Assembly: GCF_009914755.1 (NCBI RefSeq)
Contig: NC_060932.1
Length of the DNA stretch: 64,000 bases
Strand: one strand, 5' to 3'
Source: the human T2T-CHM13v2.0 reference genome, Homo sapiens
In this document: one piece after another, positions 1 through 11,976 of the stretch
Layout of the letters: the number at the start of each line of letters is the position of its first letter
How positions within the stretch are numbered: position 1 is the first letter of the stretch
Position numbers and translations under genes: made by a program
Notes under the pieces: model-generated
What the model was told of the DNA's origin: nothing
Databases searched by the model: none
What the model saw: only the letters and a program-made list of their open reading frames with translations

Positions 1-1407
1 AGATTTCTTCAATTCTTTAATAGAGATGATACAGAAAAGCAAGCTTGCCAGAATATCTCATGAAAAAATGTGGGACATAAAGACTGGAAACCAGTCTTTA
101 TGGAAAAACAAATTCTTATTTCTCCAGGACAGTTGTCCAAATCCATATATGGATACATGGGATGGCTTTCCATGTGAGTGAGAAACTGGCCAGGAGAGTA
201 ATCAATGCATGTCTGCAGGACTGTCCAGGGCTCCTGGCCCATGTACGTGTGTACAGCCAACCTCAGTGGGAACCGGCCTACACACCTATTAAATGGGCCA
301 TCAGGTGCCACTGTGCCCACTGCACTGACCATAAGACATAAGGCCAAGAAGGTGAGGTCATGTATCCAAGTTCATACAAGCCATTTAGAAATGGAGCTGA
401 GAAGACTCAGTGCTGGGCTGTGTCCTCATCAGCCAAATGGATCTTTGGATAAGATCACTACCTGGCTTTCCTCCAGAGGACTGCTGTGTTCAGAATCTTG
501 AACTTGATTTAGAATAGAGCCTTCTGAGCCCTGCCTACCACCCCGTACCACACACAGCTATTCAACCGCAGAAAAAGAACAAATATAGAGAAAGAGAAGG
601 AAGAATTTTGTGCCTTCTTGTCTTCTAGTCCTTGATGCAATCACTACTTTCAAGCTTTACATATGATGCTGGTTTTGATGTGATAAATTCATGTTTTCTT
701 GAGCTGCTAATATATATATATTTTTAAATTTAACATGGGAGGCAATGAAGAGAAAGCATTTACTACAGTGTTTCTGTGGAAGTGTTTGGGTAAGGCCACC
801 GTTGTAGGGCCATAAACTAGCTACCCAGTACCATTTGAAACACCGCCAATTCACTTATCGCTAACATGTTTCCTAAGAACAGAGCCTCTCCTCTCCTTCC
901 CTTGTCAGCTTGCCAAAAGCTTTATATTGCCACAGCCAGTGACAAAATGGGATGGGATAGAAGTGTGCATTAATTGTATTCTGAAGCTTGCCATAAATTC
1001 GCTGCAGTGAATCTGGATGGGAAGATTAAACAGCATTTAAGGACATTTTCCAAAAAATTACTTGAGGATAAAATAATAGTTTGTGTAGGACAGAAATAAG
1101 ATGACACAAGATGACTCTGATTTATGTGTGTTGCTTGCCAGGTCACTGCTCTTCAGAGGAAGGAGTGAAGTCTTTATTCCATACAATTCTCCATGAAAAC
1201 GTATTCAATATCCCGCCCATAGTGTCCATTCACTGAATAATGACATTGCCTTGTGGGCCGAATCATGAATGGGGGCTACTTTATGGGCACCCCGGGGACA
1301 TAGCAAATATTAGGCTTTGAAGAAAGAAGTGACAAGTACATAACAAGGAAGAGATTGAGAATATGTGAGAAAATTACAAATAAAAGAACCAAGGGTTAAA
1401 CAAACTT

Positions 1408-1535
1408 AGGACAGCCATGCAATTTATTGTCCAGGCTGAGATATCTTTGAAAGATAAAGGAAGCACTATAAACATTATACCAGCACAGCAGGCATAAACT
1501 GCAACTATCCTGTCCAACGAGGTATAGGCAACCTA
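1408..1535. mobile_element. MER81-like hAT-Blackjack non-autonomous DNA transposon
   Basis: TAGGACAGCCATGCAATTTATTGTCCAGGCTGAGATATCTTTGAAAG...TATAGGCAACCTA resembles the MER81 consensus, with degenerate TAGGG/CCCTA ends. Confidence 0.55.
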
Positions 1536-1627
1536 AGCATAATGTTCTTTAGCAAAGGAACTTAAATACTACAAAGAAAGTGTATCTATGAATCGCATGA
1601 ATTAATGACAAGGTCAGGAAGAGGTAC

Positions 1628-2066
1628 TGTGTTAGAATTTTAGAGCTGCCATAACAAAATGCCACAGACTTGGTGGTTTAAACAACAAAAATGTATTTTC
1701 TCACAGTTCTGCAGGACAGAGGTCCAAGATCAAGGTGTGGGCAAGGTTGGTTTCTTCTGAGGCTTCTCTCCTTGGATTGCAGGTGACCATCTTCAGCATT
1801 TGTCTTCACATGGTTTTCCCTCTGGATATGCCTGTGGCTTGATCTCCTCTTTTTGTAAGGACACTAGTCATATTGGATTAGGGCCTGCCCTAATCCACCC
1901 TTCATTTAGCTTAATTACCTGTTTACACTACATCTTAGCCAAAAGTCTGAGAAACAATTAATTGCCTCTTTAAAGACCCTATCTCCAAATACAGTCACAT
2001 TCTGGGGTACTGGGGGTTGGGATATCAAAATATGGATTTGGAGGGGACACAACTCAGCCCATAACA
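1628..2066 (-). mobile_element. MLT1A0-like MaLR solo LTR
   Basis: TG...CA ends, GCTGCCATAACAAAATGCCACAGACTTGGTGG and TTTTCTCACAGTTCTG motifs, perfect 5-bp TSD GGTAC (1623-1627, 2067-2071). Confidence 0.85.
1924..1958 (-). pseudogene. 3'-truncated U2 snRNA retrocopy (nt 1-35) inside the MLT1A0 LTR
   Basis: Reverse complement matches U2 5' end ATCGCTTCTCGGCCTTTTGGCTAAGATCAAGTGTA at 29/35; flanked by TAATTACCTGTT/TAATTGCCTCTT. Confidence 0.85.
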
Positions 2067-3195
2067 GGTACTGATTCCAAAAAAGACCAGAGTTCTGTAA
2101 AAGCAGTTTGTGTATCCAAAAATGGCTGGGCCCTTAAAAACAAACAAACAAAAACAAACACAATACAAAGATCAAGGATTCCCAGATTCTGAGATTCTCA
2201 GACTCCCCAGGTAGAGGTCACTGGAGGCTGTGGTCACATGCCAGCACAGCAGATGGAGCCAAGTTTCACAATTAAGAATGGGAACCATGTTTCAATATTT
2301 AACTGAGATGTTACAGGTCCTGACAAATTGGTAGGAATACCAGCCATTGAGCTACAGCAGGGTGCGGGAGGCTTCCTGCTGTGTCTAGGGCTGACCTTCA
2401 GTTGCAGGATAATGAATAAGGCCTGCTGGGTGAACGCTGGAAGAATTAGGGCAGCAGGGGTTACTTGGGGATCAAGGAAATAGCTATTTACTAACCACAC
2501 AGAAATATGTCAATATTTTAGCAAATAGTCCAAGAGAGTTGAGTCTTACCAGTTCCTAGGTATACGGTTTTGTCTAATAACACCACCTCTTCGGGCTTTA
2601 GTTTTCTAGTTTGTGTGAAAGCTACATGTTTACTAGGCTCAGGTACTTGAAGTTCAAGGTATGGTCATTGCCATGTTAACAGTTTTTCCTTAAGTTTATT
2701 GACTGGCACAAAAGCCCCACCTTCCAAGGGTACCCATTTCCTTCACTTTCTTTCCTTTTCCATTCCCCTTTCTGTCACTCAGGAATTATCTAGAAGGGTA
2801 ACAGAGGTCTCTCTCACATAATCAGTCAATACTTTTAGCTTGACATGATGAACTTAGCTTTTGAAAGTAACCAGTTGACACTTTGAGAATAAAAATCCAG
2901 AAAGCTTTACATGGGCCAGGGAGGATTTTCAACCTCATCCAAGAGACCGGATCTACTTACATGGAACAATTAAAATCTTTTAGTAAGCAACAAATTGTAA
3001 ATTAATACTTTTGTATGTACTTGAACTGTTCTCAATTCCCTGGATTTTTTCATCTTGTGATCTGGGTATTGGATTTTCCAAATTCAAAAAGATGAAGCAA
3101 GTGACAGACAATACATGGGGCATGGTATTAAAGGCTAGCTGAATTGATTGAGCTGTGGTGAAAGTTCAGCAACCCCCAGCTTGGAAGCAGCTCAC

Positions 3196-3271
3196 CTAGA
3201 AAATATTTTCATCATTTCAAGTTGTGTCACCCAGAAAATAATGATAGACTGTTCACCATTTCTTCCATAAT
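3196..3271 (-). other. candidate 76-nt exon (non-coding or micropeptide)
   Basis: Minus-strand acceptor TTTCTTGCTATTTTAG| and donor TAG|GTGAGC. Confidence 0.3.
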
Positions 3272-5366
3272 CTAAAATAGCAAGAAATGGGCATAAGAAA
3301 CAATTATAAAGAAGTATTCCTGAGGTACCAGAATTCCTGAGTGAAACAGCAGAATTTTGTGCTTTTACAATGTTTAAAATCAAAGCAGAGATTCTTCTCT
3401 GGAGACAGCAGGATGAAAAGATGACTTTTAAATGTTCGATCCAGTTTTGTATGATGAGCATTAAAGTACTGAAGACAGTAAAAGCCAAAAATTATGTGTG
3501 AGGCTTTGTAGGCAAGGAATAGGTGTCAGTTCTTTAAAAAACAAATGAAAAAAAAGGTCTGATTTTCTTTCCTGGATTTATTGTAAAACCATTTGCAGAG
3601 GAATTTGGGGGAAACCCTGGAAGAAGAGATCATTTTATGTAGTAAATAACTCCAGCCAAAGACCAGACACGTAGCTCACCCCTGCCTGACAGAGGAATTG
3701 GGAAACCCACCAAGCAAAGAGAGGATTATGTTGTATTGGAGCTAAATCTCAGAAGAAAATATTGCTGGGAGGATCTTCATACTTTTGTTTCTAATACAGA
3801 GGATGGAAAAAGGAGGGAGATAATGACCACCAACAGTGAACAGGAAAATGTAACTAAATATGGCAGCTCCAAGAAGATAGATGGGAGGGGGAATCCCAAA
3901 GCGCTCAGACTCACTTTAGAGTTTACAGGTGATGATTCCCTTTGATTCATGGTTGCCGTTCTTAAGGGCAAAAGACTTAGTTGGCTAAAGATGGGATACA
4001 AACAGAAAGAAAGGCTACTCCAGCTGGGAAAACAAAAGATGTTTGGGATGATGTTGATGAAAGCTTTTTTAAAGTGAGAGGTACAGAGAGAGTGTAAGAG
4101 GAAAGCAGCTGGAGTTTTTCCAGGTCGGCTAATGATGCATGGAGCTGCTGACACAGCAGTTCATCCAGCCAGTGCAAGAGAGAGCTGCCTTAGGGACCTG
4201 CCCTTTCTCGTAGGGCTGGACCCTAAGAGCCCAGGGCGGGGAGGCTTCACCACTTGGTTTATAAGACTTTTTTTTTTTTTTTTTTTTTCCTTGAGCTCTG
4301 ATTTAAATGCTCACCACTGGGACACACTTAACTGAAACTCAGCTTAATTTTCCCCTTTTCGGAATTTGTCCCCCTTAGCAGATATTTAGTTTCTAAGATC
4401 AGAAATCAGCAGGGGAGAGGACGTTCATCTGGGTTATAAAATAAAATGAAACGCCTCCACTTTTTCGTCCTCGGTTACTCAAATGCCTGGTACTTTGCTC
4501 ATGAGGCTGAGAAAAATCCAAACTGGATGTAAAATGCTCACCTAGTTGGTGATCATTTACTCATCCCAGGGACTAAGGGAACTGTGGGTCTTGATAATTA
4601 TGTCCGCTGAGTTGTGAGGCTGTGCCTATGTGATTGGAAATGTAAAATATGGTGCATGATGAAATGTTGCATTTTAATCTCTCTTTGTTCAGGCTGTTTC
4701 TCCAATTGAGACAAGATGACATCCAACACAAAGCCAACATATCTGATGTTCTTCAAATTTATAACTTCAAATTGCAGATCCCGTTTCACTGTCTTCCCAT
4801 TATCAGTAAGTGATCTCTAACCCCTCCTTACATAATTTCAGTAGGGGTAACTTACTGCCTCTGAAAGTCACTCATTCCGGCTTCAGAATTTAGTATAGGA
4901 TAGACTCTAAATTTGACAAAGGTTCTTTCCAGGTGACAGCAATAAGATTGATGTGTTGATGTCTGAAGCCTGTGCTCACCTGAACCCACACCTATTTATA
5001 ATTCACATCTACAGCCAAGCTCTTCCCATGCTATCAGGTTTTATGGAGGAACAATTCAGATGCATTAGTGTTTGGCCTCATTTTGGTGATAATGCTTTAC
5101 CTCTAGCACAATGGATTCAATTTAGACCTTGGGAAGAATTTTCCTCACATGAAGGTTTCTACACATTGGAACAGTTGCTATGGGGAGGAGTGGAGTGTGA
5201 AGAATGTCCTCCAAATACCTTTCAACATTTTACCAATTCTAATGCCTCTGTGACAGTGCTGCATATGGCCATGCCTGAAACAAAGGAATGTACTAGCTGT
5301 CCTTTCCCTCATTACATCAGATACCTCTCAAATAACAACAGGATGGTCCCAGAAATTAGTCCATCT

Positions 5367-5700
5367 CAGGGGTCAGCAAACTATGGCCTATGGGCCAAAT
5401 ATATTGTATTGCCTGTTTTTGTAAAGCCTTGTGAGCTAAGAATGGTTCTTAGACATTTGTTAATGGTTGAAAAACGATCAAAGAAAGATTTTTTTTGTGA
5501 CATGTGAAAATTACATGAAATTCAAATTTTAATACCCATAAATAAAATATAGTTTTCTTGGACAACATCCATTTATGTGTTGTCTGTGGCTGATTTCACA
5601 TTACAAGAACAGAGTCAAGCAATGGTAACAGAGACTGTATTGGCCAACAAAGCCTAAAATATTTTGTCTCACCCTTAACAGAAAAATTTGCTAACTTCTG
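5367..5700 (+). mobile_element. MER58B hAT-Charlie DNA transposon
   Basis: CAGGGGTCAGCAAACTATGGCC start, TTTGCTAACTTCTG end (TIRs), about 335 bp. Confidence 0.85.
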
Positions 5701-5922
5701 ATATATATCCTCCCCAAATCTTCCTGATCATATTGCCTTAAATTCAAATATAGTCTTTTTGTAGTTCATTGTTTATAAACCTTTCTGTATAATGCCTGGC
5801 ACATACCAAATTCTTCACAATGCTTAATGAATATAACCAGTAATTTTATTATAAGACAAACAGAATAACAGACACTCTGAAGATGAAAAACCAGTGGTAC
5901 TTCTTGTTAGAAACAGCACAGC

Positions 5923-5987
5923 ACTGTGCCTATTGATCAAACTGTGCCTATTGATCAAAAGTTTTTCTTGATCAATAGGCAGAGTTT
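5923..5987. repeat. 18-bp tandem duplication plus inverted third copy (20-bp stem hairpin)
   Basis: ACTGTGCCTATTGATCAA x2 (5923-5958), then TTGATCAATAGGCAGAGTTT (5968-5987). Confidence 0.9.
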
Positions 5988-6520
5988 GCACTAAAATGCC
6001 TGCCATTTTCTCTGTATGAGATCTGAAACTCAACAGCCTGTGCACTGGTTCTAGATCCTGGCTTGTAATTACAAAGCAAAATCCTCTAATGCCAATAACA
6101 AGACCAGCCTCTATACCTTTTAAGTGCAATCTTCTTGATTATAAGCAGCCACTGACCAAAGACATCAATTAGAGAGGGAGATTTCTAAACCCTGCGGCAA
6201 GAGTTTAGTTAAAAACAACTTGGGAAGTGGTTTAACTCCTTGGCTATCACCCACCCTCAGCACACGGCATTCAAAGCAGATCCATTATTTCCTACAGCAG
6301 GGAAGAAAATAACCACTCTGTTTCTAGTTGGGTGGCTCCTCTTTTCTAAACACCATCACCCCATTTAAAGCCAATGTAGAGGAAGTGCAGGCGGGGGATA
6401 GATCTGTTTGTTTGTCCCTGTCTCATTATTCTGTTTCAAAATATCTGGCCCTGGTTTTAGAGCATTTGGGGGCTTCAAACCCTTTGGAAGATCACAGACA
6501 TAAATCGAAGCTATACTTAC

Positions 6521-6615
6521 CCCAAGGGACTGCTATCATCCACCATATCTCAGAAAGAGCCAAGAATTCCTGTCCTGAAGCCAGCCAGCTGGGAAGTAGA
6601 ATGGCAAGGAGAAAC
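6521..6615 (-). other. candidate 95-nt exon
   Basis: Minus-strand pyrimidine-rich acceptor TTCTCTTTCTGGAATTTCTCTAG| and donor GGG|GTAAGT. Confidence 0.35.
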
Positions 6616-7834
6616 CTAGAGAAATTCCAGAAAGAGAACCAAGAAATGCCTCACCCCCACCCACCCCAAATAGAATGCAGCCTGTAATTTACATGCATTT
6701 TTCAAGGATGTAGAATGAAAAATTTGAGCAATCAAGTATAAACTAGAGCAAGGTGACACTCCTATACACATTCATACACTCACTCATTCTTTCTGTTGCC
6801 TTTTCTATGAAGCCTTTTTTGAGTTTTTTTGCGTTGGACCAAGTCACTGTCTCTCATTAGTCTCAAAGTTCCTCACACTTGGCTACCTTTCAACCTGTTT
6901 GAAGTGCCATAAATATATATGTATACGGTAATGATTTGTTCTTACTGGCACACTTCAGCCTCTAGAGGGAGTTCAAACCCCCAAGCCCTGAAGAGGAAGG
7001 GTTCTGTTGTGTTGTATGGGTTAACAAATGGGACTAAGGTGTCAGTGGTGGGGCATTTGGTAGGAGGAGCAACAAGGTTCAGAGCTCTTGCTCTTCCTGG
7101 AGAACCCATCAGAGGCTCCTCCTTTCAAGATCCCCCTTGTCCTCTTAGCTTTCTTAGAGAAACCCTTTTGAAAAACTGCTTCACTTTTTTCTTTTTCTTT
7201 CTGCCCATGTAGCTGCTATGGTCACCTAAGCAAAATAAATCCTCCCAGCTCAAATAACTAGGTAATGAAGAAAGGGGATCAGATAGGTATTTCAGAAAAA
7301 AATTCCGATTAGTAATATATGATAAGATAAATATTGAGATAGCAGAGTTCTGAGACTCAACCCCCAATCGTAAAAAGGTTGAGAAAATTTTTTACTTGTC
7401 AGTTGAATGTCCAAAGCCTCCTGTCTACTCTTAAAGAGGGAGGCTTCTTTCTCTTTGGGAGCAAGGCTAAGTTGACCTACTTAACGAGGTACACTCCAGG
7501 GGAGAAGCAGGAATGAAGGCAAGGAGAAGAGTGGCTGGAGGGGAGGCCCTGTAGCAGCTGTAGGTATAAGAAAAATGGATGGGAGAGGAAAGGGGCTCCA
7601 GCAAGTGTTCCTGTGGATCCCCTTTAATGTTCATTGCAGCACAAAGACCAGAATCCCTTTTTCATTTACTCTTGGCTTTAAATTTATTTCCGGACACAAT
7701 GTTTTGAGACTGAACTACGTGAGTCACCAGGTTAATATGAGCTACCATAGAAAATGTTCATTTGTCTGTCCAGTATTCTTTGTACATTTCCTTTGAAACC
7801 CATAGAACGTGGTTGGCTGAAAATTTGCAGATAT

Positions 7835-7912
7835 GTAGGTAACAAAATATCACTCTGTATTCCATAAATATGTATGATTATTACATGTCAACTAAAAATA
7901 AAAGAGAAAAAA
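7835..7912 (+). mobile_element. L1MA-type 3' end fragment
   Basis: AAAATATCACTCTGTATTCCATAAATATGTATGATTATTACATGTCAACTAAAAATAAAA resembles an L1MA terminus. Confidence 0.55.
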
Positions 7913-8449
7913 TGGAGTCTACTATTAACAGGATCCTCAGAATTCTCTAGGTATAAGTGCAACTGCTTGGACTATTGCATGACAAATCACAGAAATCATC
8001 AGGCGTCTCGTCTTGGCATTAATAAGAGCTCAGTTCTAGAGTCAGGGCAGGGTTGCCTGCATGCTCTTGGTTTGGTAGATGGCATGATATTTGCTTTCTC
8101 AATTATCTTTTTCCTCTTTAAGTTGCCAAGGATCTCTAGGGCTACCAGATGAACATATTACTCCAGAAGGAACAGATGTATCTGCTTTCACAGGTAAAGA
8201 GGTATCCCAGATAAGGCTTTCCATCTGAGCCACTTTTCCCCAGTGATCCACCCTACACACTGCCACAAGCCAGGCTCATTTTTCTGTCCTCTCATTGGTC
8301 TTTATTAATCAAATATGTACCATATGCTCAATACTATTGGGCTGAAAAGTAGCTTATAGGATCCTTCCTGTTGGACTTACAATACAGCAGGAAAGCGTAA
8401 CATGTTAAACATTAGGAAAATCATTGCTGCACTAAAAATCACTTGGAGC

Positions 8450-8663
8450 TAATCATCTAATGGCAGTACCCAAAAGACACAGTATGGAAATTCATATTGC
8501 TGAAATCCAGAGACTAGCCCGGTTTCTGAGCTTTCTGATACTTGATTGATCAGCTCCTCCTCCCATTCTATGAGCTCCACAGAAATTGAATAAATCTCTT
8601 TTTATTGTTTAAGCTGGCCAGAATTGCTTTCTGTTGCTTGCACCAATGATATCTAATTGATAC
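8450..8663 (+). mobile_element. old MLT1 (J/K-class) LTR 3' part
   Basis: AATAAATCTC...TTGTTTAAGCTGGCCAGAATTGCTTTCTGTTGCTTGCA...CTAATTGATAC. Confidence 0.55.
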
Positions 8664-8679
8664 TGATAAACTGGAGGTT

Positions 8680-9200
8680 ACACTCCCATGGGATGATTTT
8701 GGAAAGAGAGAAATGTGAGAAGCAAAAGATGAACCAGGAGGCTACTCCAGTTAATAAAGTACAAAGCCATAGGGACCTGGACAGAAGAAGAGTATGAGAA
8801 GAAAGGAGAGACCAAAAGGAGACATTTTGAAATAACAAAATTTTGTGACAGGTTTTATATCAAGATGAAGGAAAGGGACAGTCAAGTATAACTCCAAATT
8901 TCCTAGTTTAGTTTGCAAGATAAAAACATGGGAGTAGTTCATTTGTTCAACAAACCTTATGATGAGGCTACTATGTGCCCAACCCTGGGCTAGTTTTCAG
9001 TGATGCAGAGATTAAAAGTGACATGCTGCACAGTTTAGAGGAAAGGGGATGAGCTTCACTTTGGACAGGAAGAGTTTAAGGTACCAGGAAGAGTTGGAGA
9101 ATAGAAATAGGAAACTAGAATGCTTCTCAAGGATCAGAAATTGAGCATTAGATTTGGGTGTCATTGATTAGTTGAGATATTGCTTTAGATACAGTCTCAA
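8680..9200 (-). mobile_element. L2 fragments
   Basis: Purine-rich L2-like text (GGAAAGGGACAGTCAAGTATAACTCC, GATGAGCTTCACTTTGGACA) and L2 3' motif CATTTGTTCAACAAA. Confidence 0.5.
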
Positions 9201-9810
9201 GTGGTATTACCAAGCCAAAGTTATAAAAATATTACATGGTTCTTAATATTGACATATCATTTCCCAAAACAACTATATCAATATATGAGTGCCACCAGAA
9301 AACTATATCACTACAATTGTTAGCATGGTTGCTATCCACCAAAAAATTAAACTTTTGCTTATTTAGTAGGTGTATATAATTTTACCTTGTTTTAATTGTT
9401 ATGTCTTTGATGGTCAATGAGGTTTAACATGTCACCATGTGTTTAATAATTATATCACATTTGGCCAATTCGTCTATTTACATTTCTTTCCAGTTATCTT
9501 TCCAGTTATCTATTAAATCTTATTATGTCATTAAAGGGCTTTCAAATTTATGATATTTCTTTTGATTGTATGTTTGTTATTTTACTGAACAGTTTGACCT
9601 TTTCTATGTGTTCAAATATTTTAAATTATCTTATTGCTTCAATCTCACATAATTATATTATGCCTCTATTAACAAAATAAATGTATTTTCTATTTTTTAG
9701 GGGGCATGACATTTTTTGTAATTAGGAGTTTGTTTTGTGTGGCTATACAAGATGATTTATCTCAACTTGATATTGTTATGCAAAGGCATTTATTAAGTAA
9801 TATTGGGTCT
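9200..9810 (-). mobile_element. ancient L1M fragment
   Basis: AT-rich degenerate antisense L1 ORF2-like text. Confidence 0.4.
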
Positions 9811-9859
9811 CCACGTATTCTAAGGGAAAACTAGTGAAAGAGTAACAAAATGTAGTAGT

Positions 9860-10000
9860 TCCACTGCCTAGCCTCTGACAATAAAGGGCTGTGTGACCTT
9901 GGACAAGTCCCTTTGGTTTGACAGACATCAGTTTATGCATCTCTAAAACAAGTGAATTAGACTAAGGTCTTTTCCAGAATTAACGTTTGATGATTCTGTG
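9860..10000 (+). mobile_element. MIR
   Basis: GCTGTGTGACCTTGGACAAGTC...CAGTTTATGCATCTCTAAAAC core. Confidence 0.6.
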
Positions 10001-10749
10001 AAAAACAGTGACCCTTATGTGAGGATAAGATAGGTGCCTCCTGAGCACCCATCTGCAGCATGGTCATCCAGCCCTTTGGCTCTTGCTTTTTGCACTTCAC
10101 AGCTACCTTACAAATGTCCATGGCCATGCAGCCCTGCTAAAAGCCAAGGATCTTGCATATTTACTTCATTTAAGAAGGCTGCACAGGATATGCCTGGCTG
10201 ACATAAATGGTGCCTAATGGGCTGTAAATGACTTTTGACCACTTGACCTTGGTCATGTTGATATGACCCCCATCAGGTCTCCTCCACTGTGGGACCACGC
10301 GGATGCCCACGTACCACTTCATAAATGAAAAGGTATTTCCCTTAATTGGGGAGAGGAAACAAGGTAATGCGGAGCAGCAGCAAGTCATGCATTTCATGAA
10401 TGTGCAGCCTGATTGGATGCCACAGTAAATCACCCACAGCCTGGCCCTGTCAATTTCTTTGAGCCACAGCTTTGAATTACTTGCCTCAGCTTCCATTTAG
10501 CTCCACTCTAATCCCCACCCTCACCCTCACCCAGCAGCATCTCCCGCCATGCTTGCATGCTCCTCTACTACATTTTGCTTCCACTTTCTAGTCAAAGATA
10601 TTTTTCCTATCATCCCAAACACAACATTTTCTTTCATCAAGATCTTTGTTCAGTACTCAGATTCCCTGAAAAGGTTTTCCTGTGTGATGATAATGGTAAC
10701 AATAGTTACAACTACTGTACTACTGCCCCCACCGTCACCACCACCACCG

Positions 10750-11445
10750 CGAACTGAGCCCTGCTGTGTGGCTAGCACTATATTACATGTTTTATAAACC
10801 TGTTATCTCACAGCCAGCCTGCCTGAGTCTGACTCTTAGCTCTGTCACTTTCTAGCCTGTTGACCTTGTTTAAGTCATTCAGATTCTCAATGACTCAATT
10901 ACCTTATCTGGAAATTGGGAATATCCATAGTACTTATTTCACAGGAATTATATGAGGATTAAATGTCTTAATCCATTTGGCTGCTATAACAAATATAACT
11001 GGGTGGCTTATAAACAACAGAAATTTATTTCTTACAGTTTGAGATGATTAGAAATTCACTGTCAAGGCGCCAGCAGACTCAGCATCTAATGAAGGATTGT
11101 TTCTCATAGACGGTGGCTTCTCTGGCTGCATGATCACATGGTGCAAGAGGCTGACAAGCTCCCTCAGACCTCTTTTCTAAGGGCACTAATTCCATTCATG
11201 AGGGCTCAGCCTCATGTCTAACTACCTCCTAAAGGCCCCACCTCCTAATACTATTACTTTGGGGGTTAGCATTTTAACATATGAATTTGGGGAGAACACA
11301 AGCATTCAGACTACAGCAAATGGGAAGTATTTAGAAGAATGCCTGGCACATAGTAAATTTCCAATAAATTTTAAGTAAAAATGATGTTGATGGTATCTTC
11401 ATCATACAGATGAGGAAACTGAGCTCCAGAGAGATTATTTACCCA
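10750..11445. mobile_element. nested MIR copies interrupted by a MaLR LTR
   Basis: MIR core TGACCTTGTTTAAGTCATT...TGAGGATTAAA resumes after the LTR at GCCTGGCACATAGTAA; antisense core ACAGATGAGGAAACTGAG. Confidence 0.6.
10964..11317 (-). mobile_element. MaLR solo LTR (MLT1A/MST class)
   Basis: TGTCTTAATCCATTTGGCTGCTATAAC...ATGAATTTGGGGAGAACACAAGCATTCAGACTACAGCA. Confidence 0.8.
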
Positions 11446-11446
11446 A

Positions 11447-11862
11447 GTGTTCAGGTTACCTGCTGCTGCATAATTAACTACTCAAAATTTTAGTTGCTTT
11501 AAATAACAATTATTTTATTCTAGTTCATGGTTTTCTGTGTCAGGAGTTTGGGCTGGACTCAGCTACTCAGTTATTCTGCTCCACCTGGCATTGACTAGGG
11601 TCACAGCTTGTGGCTGGGTTGGAGGGTCCAATGTGACTGAATTTACATAGTTGGCACCTTTGTAGAGATGTCTTCAGACTGAAATCAGCTGGGCCCCTAT
11701 CCATCTCCATGGAACCGCAGGCCCCTCCTATGTGATCTCCCAATAGAATCTCTTCTATTGGTCAAAGCAGTCAATGTCCAGCCCATATTCAAGAGGAGGG
11801 ATGTAGACATTACCTCTTGTTGGGAGGAGCATCAAAGAACTTGTAGCCACCTCTAATCTAGT
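11447..11862 (-). mobile_element. MLT1H-like LTR
   Basis: TGCTGCATAA...AAAATTTTAGTTGCTTTAAATAACAA start, GAACTTGTAGCCACCTCTAATCTA end. Confidence 0.6.
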
Positions 11863-11976
11863 ACGCTGAAATCTCATACTAGCAAATGAAGTTAAATCAG
11901 ATATTACTTTAAAAGTATTAAGCATAATATGTAGCACCTATTGAGCATCCCCAAACCAATAGCTATTAAAAATTGG

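Noticed and set aside
4953-5507. Longest non-L1 ORF (184 aa)
   Set aside because: Non-ATG start, no recognisable domain, and its 3' part runs through MER58B
5923-5987. CRISPR-like or terminator-like repeat
   Set aside because: Mammalian DNA, no spacers, no cas genes; only a local duplication and inversion
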